63,326 nucleotides of DNA, filler included, from Chiloscyllium plagiosum (GCF_004010195.1; 4 parts of one record of this genome joined end to end with filler, not necessarily neighbours in it); one strand, 5' to 3'. Positions 1-12,001 are shown, counted from the whole stretch's first letter. Made by a program: numbers and translations. Notes: generated from the letters alone by a model not told the origin.

Positions 1-47
1 GGGCGCTTCTCTCCCCCCCCTTAAATACTGATAGGGCTCTCCCCCCC

Positions 48-318
48 TTCACTATTACTGACAGGGTTATCCCCCATCCCGCCCTCTATTCCTGACGGGA
101 TCCCCTCAGTCCCGGTGGCACTGACCTGAGGGCCCCGATCACAGCCACGTGCTGCCGGTACCGATCCTTCAAACCAGCAGCTTTCACTATTACTGACAGG
201 GTTATCCCCCATCCCGCCCTCTATTCCTGACGGGATCCCCTCAGTCCCGGTGGCACTGACCTGAGGGCCCCGATCACAGCCACGTGCTGCCGGTACCGAT
301 CCTTCAACACCAGCAGCT
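48..318. repeat. 135-bp tandem duplication covering the mrps26 exon 1/intron 1 junction
   Basis: 48-182 matches 183-318 except for one 1-nt indel. Confidence 0.9.
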
Positions 319-900
319 CCGCCGGGTCCACCGGGGTCGGGACCCGCCGCCGATCGGCCTTGGACTTGGCGGGAGGGTCGTTGCGGGACTTGCGGCCCCG
401 GGAGGGGATGGAGAGGGCGGGCCGACAGCGGCCGAGCAGGAGGGGCCGGCACTGAGCCCACATCCTCCGGCGCGGAGGAACCGTGTGTGTGTGTGTATGT
501 TCGAGAGGGAGGGAGTAACGGCCTCTCACATGGGCGCAGCCATCTTACCGGAAGCCGGCGAGTCACTTCCGTTGGTCGAGGGCCTGAAGGCTGCCTTCCC
601 CGACCCTCGCTGCGAGGGGGGAGGGAGGGAATCACCTTGACAACCGGGAGCGGGACCAACAATGCCCTTGATTTGAACCGCCTGAGCGAGCCAGCGACCG
701 TTACAGGTGAGCGCCGCGAGAACACGCGTTCCATCAACGCGAATCGGCTTTTACGCGATCGCTGAACGGGCCGGTTCTCCTCAAACGCCCGTTTAATAAC
801 ACGCGAATTCGGCTGCAACGCGACCTGTGAACGGCTGGGCCTTTTCCTCCTGCAACGCGATTCCACCCCCACCCTTCGCCCCAGCAGTGGCTGCGGAGCA
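100..900. promoter_or_regulatory. CpG island and probable bidirectional promoter with YY1 and ETS/GABP-type motifs
   Basis: High GC and CpG content. GCCATCTT (YY1-like) at about 539-546 abuts CCGGAAG at 548-554, and CACTTCCG is at about 564-571. A plus-strand donor CAG|GTGAGC lies at 706/707. Confidence 0.7.
261..463 (-). CDS. mrps26: Mitochondrial ribosomal protein S26 (mS26), coding exon 1; the gene continues left of the window
   Basis: Minus-strand ATG at 463 gives MWAQCRPLLLGRCRPALSIPSRGRKSRNDPPAKSKADRRRVPTPVDPAELLVLKDRYRQHVAVIGALR. This resembles the recalled MRPS26 N-terminus (RGRKTRHDP.AKSK...VDPAE...RY...ALR). The exon ends at the donor CAG|GTCAGT (261/260). Confidence 0.9.
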
Positions 901-1057
901 AAATCCAGCCTCACCTTCCTCTTGTCTTGCAAAGTACAAATTCAGATCTTCACAAAAGAGCTGTGCCAAAATCCAGGCTCAGGATCCCCTTGTCTTGTAA
1001 AATACAAATTCAGTGTCAGCTGTAAGATCTTCACAAAATCTGTATTCAGTGTGCTCA

Positions 1058-1994
1058 GTTAAAAATCACACAACACCAGGTTATAGTCCAACAGGTTTAT
1101 TTGGAAGCACTAGATTTTGGAGCACTGAACCTTTATCATGTAATTAATGGGGCAGGATCATAAGACACAGAATTTATAGCAAGACATATCTGTCAGGCAA
1201 TGAAAACGATACATTGTGCAAACCCAGATTGCTTTTAGGTCTTTCATCTTTTAGAATGGGTTGCAGGTTTCGGTTCATTAATATGTAAATCCCAGAACTT
1301 CTTTCAAATCACATCCTGGAGAGAAATTAAGGTTTTATAAAAAAAAGTGACGTCTCAGTTCAGACAGTGCCTGAAAGGTGTGAGGTTAGAGTCTGTCTGT
1401 ATCCCAATTTTCAGTCAGACTGGTTCTATTTCCAAAGTAGGAGTTCATAAAATGTTCCATGGAGTGACTGCATGCAGATTGTGTTTTTTTTTTAACAAAA
1501 TAGAATGTTTCTGCAAATATAACTCTGCAAATGCAAATTCACCCGATAGGCTTATGTGTGTGTGCATGCATGCGAGGGAGAGAGATCTCTCTCTCTCTCC
1601 CTGACAGACTCTAATCTCACACCTTTAATTCAGTGTCTGAGCTGTCAGTTTATCAATGACAAATGAACTTTACCTCAAACAGCTGTCAAGTTATCTCAAA
1701 AAGGTGATTTGAAAGAAGTTCTAGAATTTACATATAAACTAATCAAAACCTGCAACCCATTCTAAAAGATGAAAGACTTAACAGCAATCTAGGTTTGTTC
1801 AATATATTGTTTTCATTGCATGACAGAGATGTTTTGCTATAAATTATGTATCTTATGATCTTGCACCACAGCCACCTGATGAAGGAGCAGTGCTCTTAAA
1901 GCTCATACTTCGAAATAAACCTGTTGGACTATAACCTGGTTGTTGTGTGATTTTTAACATTGTCCACCCAATCCAACACTGGCATCTCCACATC
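1058..1994. mobile_element. Palindromic Penelope-derived non-autonomous element with ~340-bp inverted arms and a hammerhead-like core
   Basis: 1058-1396 is the imperfect reverse complement of 1603-1958. CTGATGAAGGAGCAGTGCTC..AAAGCT occurs at about 1876. The spacer is similar to 60515-60700, which lies just 3' of a Penelope endonuclease C-terminus. Confidence 0.7.
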
Positions 1995-2239
1995 ACAGCT
2001 AAAACAGGGATGTTCAGGTGTCCGTGTTGGACAAGGTCAAAGCTCAGTCCACAGCAGGTCACAGTCCAAGAGATTTCCAAATAAAACCTGTTGGACTACA
2101 ACCTGGTGATTTTTTTTTAACCAGCTAAAATCAGAAATTCAATCGGTTCTGCAAGCCTTGAAACTGGGAATTGTAGCCGACATTTAGAAGGAAACTTTAC
2201 CTCAAACTGCGGAAGAATCTTGAGGAGGACTGATATCAG

Positions 2240-2500
2240 TGATTTTAGTGTTAAAATTTTGAAATTACTGTATCGGTTTATTAAAATGTACCTTTAAAGA
2301 TTTACCTAGACTGTGCTGTAGTTTGTGTTAGGCTAACAACCATTTTTGTTTTGACTTTTACTGGTATTTTTGGTGATTCGCACACCCCCCCCCCCCAACC
2401 CTATTTTTCCCATGGGACCCATCGTTTATATTGCGCGACTTCCTATATCACAATGTCACACGAGAACGCAACTGCCACGTTACAGGAGAGTTACTCGTAT
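2240..2500 (+). mobile_element. Degenerate 3' end of a Tigger-like element, similar to 4840-5085
   Basis: Shared blocks TTTGTGTTAGGCTAA and CCAACCCTATTTTTCCCAT occur in the same order as at 4920-5000. Confidence 0.55.
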
Positions 2501-2716
2501 AAGTCTGTTTTGATATAATGCAATAGAGCTGTTCCCATGCAATCCCGCGTTATAGGAAAATTGCATTATAGCACCATTTAAATCAATGGGACCAGGATCA
2601 CGTTATAGCCAGTACAGGTAAAGAAAGTTGCGTTCTACAAATAATGGTCTAAATTCTTCAGTCGTCTTATAGCCAATTTGCGTTGAAAAAATGCACGTAA
2701 CAGCAGAATCGACTGT
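2500..2716 (-). mobile_element. Tigger-family MITE
   Basis: Ends in GCAGAATCGACTG-TA and is the approximate reverse complement of the MITE at 22006-22217. Confidence 0.55.
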
Positions 2717-2985
2717 AGGTGAACAATGTTTTTAAAACATGAAATTCTGCATGTGCATGGTGGCTAATATGTGATTCCACTCCCATCAGTAGATATCCTG
2801 ATGCGTAGAGGAAGACAAGTTAGCTCTGTTATAACGCAGGTTTCGGCCCAATTAATTCAAATGGCGCAGCTATTGTGTGACTTCCTTATAGCGCGAGAGT
2901 GGAACTATTGCGTTATATCAGAACCGAATTGCACTCAGTAATTTTCGTTCTTGTTGTTGCAGTTCTTACTGTGTTTGCTGTAAAT

Positions 2986-4800
2986 ATGGGAGGACAACAT
3001 AACAAGAATGTCTACAGGAAGCGTCCAGGTGAAAGAATCGTGGGTGGTGACCGTAAAAGAAAGGCTATAACACTTGAAGAAAAACTAGGTGTTATAAAGC
3101 GTTTTGAGCGGAATGAAAGAACATGTGATATTGCTCGTGCGACAGGAATAAAGGAGTCTACATTACGCACCATTAGAGACAATGCAGAAAAAATTAAAGC
3201 AAGCTGTATTGCAGGGACAAGCCTGAGTGCTAGCAAACTGGTGCGATCACGGCCAAAGGAACTTGAGGAGATGGAACGGCTTCTATGTGCGTGGCTAGAA
3301 GATCAATTGAAAAAGCAATCTGGAACCAGCTTTATCGCCATAAGACACAAAGCCTTATCAATTTATGAGGGCCTAAGGAACAAAGCTGAAAATCCTGCAG
3401 ATGTGCCTTCCTTCAGTGCTAGTAGTGGCTGGTTTGCTGGATTTAAGAACCGCTGTTTTCTAACTAATAAATTATGTGGCGAAGCTGCAAGTACAGATGA
3501 GGAATGTGCGATGGTATTTCCTCACATGGTGAAAAAATTTATTGAGGAAGAAGGCTACACCTTAGATCAAATCTTCAATTTGGAAGAGACAGGTTTATAC
3601 TGGAAGCGAATGCCATCAAGGACCTATATTTCTAAGAATGAAGCACAGGCTCCAGGCTTTAAGGTGGCAAAGGATCGTATGACAGTGCTGCTGGGTGCCA
3701 ATGCTAGTGGAGACTTAAAGCTTAAGCCTGTGGTGGTGTACCACTCTGCCAATCCGCGAGCCTTAAAAGGTTACCTTAGGTCCACTCTAGGTGTCTACTT
3801 TAGGTCAAGCAAAAGAGGTTCGATGACAGGGCAAATCTTTTCTGACCTTATTGTTGACGTTTTCAAAGATATTTTTAGAAATTATTGCAGAAGAAAAGAT
3901 TTGGATTTCAAGATACTCCTCATTCTGGACAATGCACCAAGCCATCCTCCCACCGTTGGTGAGCTGTCTGAAAACATTAAAGTGCTATTTCTACCTCCAA
4001 ACACAACCTCTCTCCTTCAACCCATGGACCAGGGTGCAATAGCGGCTTTTAAAGCTTACTATTTGAGGCGCACATTCAGGAAGCTGATTGCAGCTACTGA
4101 GGGGGATAATAAGGACAGTGTTCTTCAATTTTGGAAGAGTTTTAACTTCAAGAATGCTATTGACATTATTGTGGAGGCCTGGGGAGATGTCAGTAAGGAC
4201 TGCTTGCGTGCAGTTTGGCAGAAGCTTCTCCCAGATTTTATTCATGATTTTAAAGGAATTGAACTATCAGAGGAGCTCCCAAGAATTAAAGAACACTGCA
4301 TTGCTCTTGCAAAGCAAGTTGGATTTGAAGAAGTGGAGAGTGAGGATGTTGAGGAGGTGCTTGAGTCCCATTGCGTAGACCTATCTACAGCTGACCTACA
4401 ACAACTTGAAGCTGAGGGGAAAATGGAAGCTGGAGATGAAGAAGATGAAGCCCAGGATGCAGCACCACGAGAGCTTTCCACTTCTCTCTTGTCTTCTATC
4501 CTGAGGGAAGTTGAGAAACAGTTGCAGCTCTTAGAAGATAATGACTACAATGCAGAACGCAGCGGGATAGCAGTTCGTGGCATAAGGTCTTATTTGGCAC
4601 CCTATGAACAGCTTCTTCATGAAAGGAGAAAGATGGCACAGCAGCAAAACCTTTTTAAGCCAGTCCCCAGGAAACAGTCTGAGGACAATGAACTAAAACC
4701 ATTCATTTCTGGACTAAGTATTTTTCGGCATAACCCTGCATCCGGAATTGTACTTAAAAGTGATGATGATGATGATGATGACCCTCAGCCCTTGTCTTAA
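2986..4800 (+). CDS. Tigger/pogo transposase-derived protein (TIGD1-like; CENP-B-type HTH domains plus DDE_1), intact 604 aa, candidate domesticated gene
   Basis: Uninterrupted ORF from ATG 2986. Motifs: RKRKAITLEEK (HTH), FSASSGWFAGFKNR, FNLEETGLYWKRMPSRT, LILDNAPSH, QPMDQG, and an acidic tail. An acceptor TTTTCGTTCTTGTTGTTGCAG at 2942-2962 sits just upstream of the ATG. Confidence 0.85.
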   Translation: MGGQHNKNVYRKRPGERIVGGDRKRKAITLEEKLGVIKRFERNERTCDIARATGIKESTLRTIRDNAEKIKASCIAGTSLSASKLVRSRPKELEEMERLLCAWLEDQLKKQSGTSFIAIRHKALSIYEGLRNKAENPADVPSFSASSGWFAGFKNRCFLTNKLCGEAASTDEECAMVFPHMVKKFIEEEGYTLDQIFNLEETGLYWKRMPSRTYISKNEAQAPGFKVAKDRMTVLLGANASGDLKLKPVVVYHSANPRALKGYLRSTLGVYFRSSKRGSMTGQIFSDLIVDVFKDIFRNYCRRKDLDFKILLILDNAPSHPPTVGELSENIKVLFLPPNTTSLLQPMDQGAIAAFKAYYLRRTFRKLIAATEGDNKDSVLQFWKSFNFKNAIDIIVEAWGDVSKDCLRAVWQKLLPDFIHDFKGIELSEELPRIKEHCIALAKQVGFEEVESEDVEEVLESHCVDLSTADLQQLEAEGKMEAGDEEDEAQDAAPRELSTSLLSSILREVEKQLQLLEDNDYNAERSGIAVRGIRSYLAPYEQLLHERRKMAQQQNLFKPVPRKQSEDNELKPFISGLSIFRHNPASGIVLKSDDDDDDDPQPLS

Positions 4801-6114
4801 TACAGTTAACTCAAAATCCCCGTCAAGTTATCTTTAAAACTTTCAGGGTAAAGTGGTAAATTTACTGTATTATTTCATGAAAATATATGAATTTAACATT
4901 TATTTAAACTGTGCTATCCTTTGTGTTAGGCTAATTACGATATTTGTTTCGATTTTGAGTGATATTTTGGGTGGCCTGCCCCAACCCTATTTTTCCCATA
5001 GGCTGTGTTATTTCTATTCTGCGATTTTCTGTAACGTGAGGTTACACAAGAACATAGCTGCAATGTTCTAGCAGAACCGACTGTATTTTGAAAATAACAC
5101 CTCATTGTCATGGATTTCAAATTAGAATTGTGCACTTATAAAGTGCAAACTGTGTAAAGGTAAACTTGCATTTTTATAGAAACTGAAACAGCTGGAGGAA
5201 TTCAACAGGCCTGGCAGCATTTGCGTGGTGGGAAAGCAGTTAACCTTTCAAGTCCATTGACCATTGTTCAGACTCTAAACGTTAACTCTGTTTCTTACTC
5301 CACGGATGCAGCCAGACCCACTGAAGTTTCTCCAGCTTTTATAGTTCTCCTTTCAGAGTTCCAACATCGACAGTTCTTTGTCTTGTTAAGATGTTGCATT
5401 TGTATAGCGCCTTTCTCCAATCACAACATCACTTCACACCCAATGGTACACATTTTGCAGTGAAGACACAATTGTAATGTTGGAAATACTTACGCACAGT
5501 GACAACCTAATAATCTGATTATTGATTGAGGAATAACCATTAGTCCATGCAAGATAGGAAATAAAATACCCTTTCTCTTGATTGATAACAAGCAAGAGAG
5601 AGTTTGGATCTTGATTAAGCCTCTCATCTGGAAAATGCTTCCTCTGTACTGCTCTCCCAAAGGGGGAAACCATAAAAAAAAACTTGGAAATGAACATACG
5701 CATTATGCCAGAGTCCCATTTTGAGGTACACAAGATGAATAAGACTGGCATAGAAACGTAGTAAATAGGAGCTGGCCATTCAGCCCTTTGACCCTGCTCT
5801 ATCATTCAATATAATCATAGTCCATCATCCAAATCAGTGCATGATATTTGCAAGTTTTACTGCTTTTATCTCGGGTTAGGACTACCATCCTCAACTCTGT
5901 GCTGACATTTCAAAACCCTATTTGTTACAGTGTGAAGATAGAGGCAAATTTGAACCATGGCCAGAATGCCAGGAGACTCAACCAACACAAGGTCAATGTC
6001 AGAGTGAATATTAGTTTGGGAAGGAAGGGTCTCTTGGACTATTTCCAATCAGCTAATATTGGAAAGAGAAGTAAATCTTAAATATTTACCTTACAGTTAT
6101 GTCTGAATTTCTTA

Positions 6115-6475
6115 TAGAGTCATATAGCATGGAAACAGACCCTTCACTCCAACCATTCCATACTGACCATAATCCCAAACTAGACTAGTCCCAGCTGCCT
6201 GCTCCTGGCTCATATCCCTCCAAACCTTTCCTTTTCATATATATATCTAAATATCCTTTAAATGTTGTAATTGTATCAACATCCATCACTTCCTCAGGAA
6301 GTTTATTCCGCACATGAAACTGTATAAAGGTTTGCATCTTAAGTCTTTTTTAAATCTCTCTCCGCTCACCATAAAAATGTGCACCCAGTCTTGAAATTCG
6401 CCATCTTAGGGAAAAGACAACTACAATCCACTTTATCTATACCTGTCATTATTTTATAGACTTCTATCAGGTCTA
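6115..6475 (-). mobile_element. CR1/HER1 LINE 3' fragment
   Basis: Reverse of the CR1 3' end (AGAGTCAT tail, GGAAACAGACCCTTC motif) shared with other copies in the window. Confidence 0.7.
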
Positions 6476-6480
6476 CCTTC

Positions 6481-7459
6481 TCTTAGGAAATAGGGCAGGA
6501 GAGGTGAAGGAGGTGACAGTGGGGGAACACTTTGGGACCAGTGACCATAGTTCTATTAATGTTAAAATAGTTATGGAGCGGGACAAAACTGGTCAGTAGG
6601 TTCTAAATTGGGGCAAGGCAAATTTTGATGGAATTAGACAGGAGCTTGCAGAGGTTGATTGGAGTAGTTTGTTTGCAGGCAAAGGGATCTCTGGCAAGTG
6701 GGAGGCTGTTAAAAATGAGATAGCTAGATTTCAGGGTCTATATGTTCCTGGGAGGAAGGGCAAGATTGGCCAGAATGAGGAACACTGGATGACTAGAGAT
6801 ACTGAGGCTTTCACCAGAAAAAAGGAGGAGGTGTAGCTCAGGTAGAGGTAGCTGGGATCAAGCGAACCCCTGGAGGTATATAGAGAATACAGGCATTTAT
6901 TGAAGAAGGAAATCAGGACGGCGAAAAGAGGACACGAGATAATCTTGGCTGATAAGATTAGAGTGAATCCAAAGAGGTACTTTAAGTGTATTGAAGGGAA
7001 AAGAATAACTAGGCAGAGAATAGGGGACGTCAAGGATAGTGGTCATGTATGTGCAGAAGCACAGGAAATGGGTGAGGTTGTCAATGAATATTTCTCCTCT
7101 GTGTTTACCATGGAGAAAGACATGAAGCCTTAGGAATGTAGGGAAGTTAGTGATGATGTTTGGGGACAGTCCATTCACAGTTGAAGCAGTGTTGGATACA
7201 TTAGATTGTATGACGGTGGATAAATCTTCTGGTCCTGATTGTAAAAGGCTAGTGAAGAAATTGTGGGGGTTTTGGCTGATATTTTTGCAACATTGTTAGC
7301 CACAAGTGAAGTCCTGGAAGACTGGAGATTAACGAATGTTGTGCCATTATTCAAGAAGGGCTGCAAAGAAAAACCTGGGAACTAAAGACTAGTAAGCTTA
7401 ACATCTGTAGTGGGTAAATATCTTGAGAGAATTCTGACGGATAAGGTATACATGAATTT
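6481..7459 (+). mobile_element. Degenerate CR1 LINE ORF2, 5' part; interrupted by the Gypsy element
   Basis: Translates to NPKRYFKCI..., NEYFSSVFT, PEDWRLTNVVPLFKKG. It resumes in register after 16986. Confidence 0.85.
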
Positions 7460-10400
7460 TGTTATGACACGGGGTAAACCCCTCTGCTAATTTAAACCTG
7501 ACACACAGAGGAACTTACCAATTTTATTCTTTAAATCCAAAAGAGATCATTAAAACAACAATTATTTACAACCCCTTTCCCTTAAACCTGTCTTTTACCT
7601 CCCACTCTACTGGTCTGATTTTTAAAAAATCCGATTAAGATTTACAAAAAAAAAATCACATTTCAAAACCAGCCAACTGTCTAATCTCCTCTGGAGATTT
7701 TCCTCGGTCTTTTTTTCGCCCTTCTGCTGCAAAACCATTCTTGTGGACAGGTACCTTTCAGAGGGCTATTAGGCTAGCAATCTGCACTTGTTGATGCTCT
7801 TTGCAGTTCTCCTCCAACTGTTCAAAATGTCTGATTTTATACCCCAAAACATTGATCATTTCATTGATTTGATGTCATCCCAAATAGTAAAATTCAAATT
7901 TGATTGGATTTTGATATCTGGGACATAATTTAAACTGATTGGCTGAATTTAAATTTGTCTTTGTTCCATGGCAACGCAACTCCAGCTATTTGTTTCAACC
8001 AAATGTTATGTTTTTAAATAGTTCAGCCCAATCTGTGCTTTCAGCCAGTCCTTGCTAGCTTCCTTTCTTTCTTAAAGGTACAGTACACACCTCCACCTTC
8101 ATAAGACCTTACCCCTTAGGAAAAAAAGTGAACCAGCATAATGAAAAGATGGCTTAATTTTTTTTCTCTATTCCTTAACCACATTATCATGACGTATACA
8201 TGACTTTAATCTAAGTTCATATTAACTTCTTCCCACATGTATAAAACATTGAATAAATACTGATCTCATCTGTACTTTATCAGTTAAATCAGTGATAATG
8301 CATCTGTGATTACATTCTTACGACCTGCAACATGTACGATTTGTAAATTAAAAGTTTGTAACAAGACTCCAACAAAATAGTGTCATATTCTTGTCTTTAA
8401 AGCATTCCAAGAATGTATGAGGTGTGTGATCTGTGTACACAACCGTCTCTGACACATTGTTCGTGACATACACATTAAAATGTTGTAAGGTCAGTATCAA
8501 ATTCAGTAGTTCGTTTTCAGTTGTGGGGTATTTCCTTTGGTGAATGTTGAGTTTCTTCAAAAAGTAACCAACTGGCAATTCAATCCCATCATCGCCTTCC
8601 TGTACAGCTCCAACTCTTGTGTCACTAGCATCGATGGCAACTTTGAAGGGTTTCAAAAAGTTTGGTGCAGCAAAAACTGGTGCAGTGGTTAATATTGCTT
8701 TAAAATGGTCAAATACCTCCTGGCATTGTTCTGTCCACTGGACGTTAGTGCTGGTAACAGTGCCACTATACTGCTGAAGTTTGTAACAAACCTCCAAACT
8801 TAGTCCCAAGAGTCAAAGCACCTCTTTCTTCGAGGAAATTCCTTGATGGCATTCATCTTTGTGTTCAATAGGGTCAACCTTCCATGACCGATGTCATGTC
8901 CCAAGAATGTCACCTTTGCTTTTGCGAATTCAGTTTTGTTTTTAAGTTTATTACCAGTTTTGCTTCTCGTAGTCAGAGCTATGCCAACTGTACCATGTGA
9001 TCTTTCCAGGACTTAGTGAAAATCACTATGTCGTCCAAATAGACTGCACAGTTTGTTAACCCAGCCACAACTCTGTTCATGAATCTTGGAATGTGGCAGG
9101 TGCATTCTTCATTCCAAAGGGCAATACGTTAAACTGATATAGCCCATTTGGGGTTACAAATGTAGAAATTTCTTTGCTGTCTCTGATAAAAGTACCTGCG
9201 AGTAACCACACAGTAAGTCCAACTTGGTGATGTAACTGGCTCATCCAACTTTCTTGATACAGTCCTCCAATCCCGATATTGGATATGAGTCTGATTTTGT
9301 AATGGCATTGACCTTCCAATAATCCATGCAAAATCATTGAGTCCTGTCAGGTTTGGGAACTAAGACGAGTGGCAAACTCCACTCACTTGACTCAGTTGGA
9401 TGATAGTGGTGCTGGTGCTGGAAAAGCACCACTTTAACCTTGAAGCTAATCTCCAGCATCTGCAGTACCCACTTACGCCATGGTTCGATGATATCCTTGT
9501 TGAGCATGGCCTCCACCTCCTTGTGGATCTGTCTGGCTTTGAAAGGATTATGCTGATAGGGGTGTTGTTTATTGGAACAGTATTCCCTACGTCTATTTTA
9601 TGTACAATTGCATTAGTCCTCCCCATCTGATTTCTACATATGTCTTCATACTGCAGTAACAAACCTTTCAACTGCATTCTTTGTTCCTGAGACAGATAGT
9701 TTACTAACCTATCCCACTCCTCAAGGGCGTCTTCATTTTTAACATATTTTGAGGAACATCAAAATCCACAACATCTGGATCTGATTCCTCACTCTGCGGG
9801 GCAGTAACTAACACCTTTTGCTCCAGTTCTTTCCCTCTAGTATAATAACCCTCAAGAATATCCTCTGCATTCTTTTCGGAGTACGCATCAGCATGTATAT
9901 CTTTTATTGACTTGTCTCTCTGTTGCAAGTCCATTCGCTTTTCAGTACTAAACACTCCTGTCTGACCTTCTGCCTGTTGGGGATTTTCCTGCACCATTAT
10001 GTCAAACAGGGTGTCCGCTAACTGAACCTCAACTCCTTCATCTTTCTCTCTACTTTTTGCTTCGTGCTGTGACTTACGATAGTGTGATCGTGTTATCACC
10101 CAGTCTGGGAAAATACCAGAATATTTTTCTCTGAACTCCTCAGTTTCTTGGTCTTCCCTGGGCTTCTCCACAACAAGGAGTGTCACTCCTACCTTGGACC
10201 CTGCTAAATCGTTCCCAAGAACAAACTGGATTCCTGGAACTGTCACTCTGTCAACCACTCCCACTAACTTCCCCAATCTTGAGTTGGCACTCCGACCTGA
10301 TCTTATGTAGGAAAATGCTAAATTTCTGTCCATCTATCCCACAAATTACCACACTTTCGGGTAACAGATCAGAAAGAGTGCAAATTCACTCATCCCTTAC

Positions 10401-11952
10401 TATTAGAGACTGATTAGATCCTGTATCTCTCAAAATTATAACTTCTTGCCCTGTCCCCCTGTTCTTTCTGAGTTAAGTTTACCCACAGAAGTGAATTCTT
10501 TGTAGAGATAAGGAACTAACTCCATACCCAGCCCTTGCCTAGGCCATGCACGCTCCTGCAGCTCCTCGGCTCTTCTTGGGATTTCCTTTACTACATTCAC
10601 TAAGGCCACTGACTTAGCTTCTTTTACCACATCCTTTCCCACAGTGCCTTTCTTTAACGACCAGCACTGTGACTTTACGTGTCCCACTTTACCACAGTGG
10701 AAACACCTGAGGCCTTTCACCTCCTTTCCACCCTCTTGGACTTCTTTTTTAACCTGTGGTAAACAGTGTTCTCTACTCTGTGTTTCATAGTGTAGGATCT
10801 CCCCTTCTCCCAACCTCTATCCCTCATAGGACGAAATACTAGCCAGAAGCTTGTCTTGTGCACCAACATGTATTTATCTGCTAATTCTGCTGCCCTTCTC
10901 ACTTCCTGAACCTTCTGTTCCTCCACGTGAATTCCTATCATCTCTGGAAGTGAGATTTTAAGCTCCCCCAGCAGAATAATCTCTCTTAGAGCCTCATAGA
11001 TCTTACCTATCTTTCAAAATGACTATGTTTAATTCTTTTAAACTCAATATATCTGACCTGGTTCCTTCTTTATGTTTCTGAACTGTTGTCTATACACTTC
11101 TGATACCAATTCATAAGCACTTAAAATAGCCTCTTTCACCTCTTCATGATCTTTTGACCCCTCATCTGACAGTGCGTCAAATAGCTCACTAGATCTGCCT
11201 GCCAGTTTAGTCAGAACTAGTATTACCCATAAATTCTCGGATCACCCCATCTGCCTAACCAATTTTTCAAATGAAATAAAGAAGGCTTCGACATCTTTCT
11301 CATCAAAATGTGGCAGAGTTTTGACATATTTGTATATATCATGACCTCTTTTAATCTCCACCCTGTTAACTTGACTTTGCTGACTAAGTCACAACTTCTC
11401 CAGTTCAAATCTCTCTCATTTTACACAGTTAAGAATCTTCTCTCTCTCTCTCTTTTTCCTCTCTTTCTCTTTCTTCTCTCTCTTTCTCTCCCTCTTTCCT
11501 CTCTCTCTGTCTTTGTTTATCTTCTAACTCAATTTTCCTCAACTGTAATTCGAGTTTTTCTACCTCTACTGCACTTGTCTGTTTCTCTGACACCTCTGTG
11601 TTTGAGTAATTCCCTTACAATTTCAGCTTTACTTTTGTCCTTGGTTAAACCCAATTCTAATCTCTTTGCTAATTCTAAGAGTATGGTCTTTCCTTTCTAA
11701 ACTTTCTTGGCAAATTTGGGAATCATCTTCAAATCCCAAGAACCTCTTTAACAATTATAAGAGCCATTTCTCGCACTTTTAATTTGACCAACCACAAGTA
11801 GCCGAAATTAAACAAACTGTCTCGCCTACATTTTATTTGAAGATCTAGGACACTAACAATCAAGAGTTTAAATCTACTGGGCTTTTTTTCCGTACCCCAA
11901 ATCTACTCAAATCTTTCCAAATCGCAGAGTGGATCTGTCTAAACCTGTTCAC

Positions 11953-12001
11953 ATCACGGACTTGAGCCCCCAACTGTTCAAATCCTGGCTGCGAGCCCCC
12001 A
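11953..12001 (-). other. Primer-binding site resembling the tRNA-Pro PBS, present as two tandem copies
   Basis: Minus strand reads TGGGGGCTCGCAGCCAGGAT and TGGGGGCTCAAGTCCGTGAT, versus the canonical tRNA-Pro PBS TGGGGGCTCGTCCGGGAT. The first copy lies 3 nt inside the 5' LTR edge. Confidence 0.7.

Noticed and set aside
21..932. 303-aa minus ORF and overlapping plus ORFs
   Set aside because: GC-rich chance ORFs; only the frame containing 261-463 matches a known protein.
899..1038. Two imperfect ~70-bp direct repeats
   Set aside because: A small local duplication with no further structure or support.
2899..2985. Hydrophobic N-terminal extension of the Tigger ORF from a GTG start
   Set aside because: It covers a TIR-like remnant and the polypyrimidine acceptor; ATG 2986 is the more plausible start.
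2986..4800. CENPB ortholog (human CENPB lies beside CDC25B)
   Set aside because: Motifs look TIGD1/Tigger-like, there is no recognisable CENP-B dimerisation domain, CENPB is considered mammal-specific, and the ORF is ~58 kb and three joins away from cdc25. A phylogeny would be needed.
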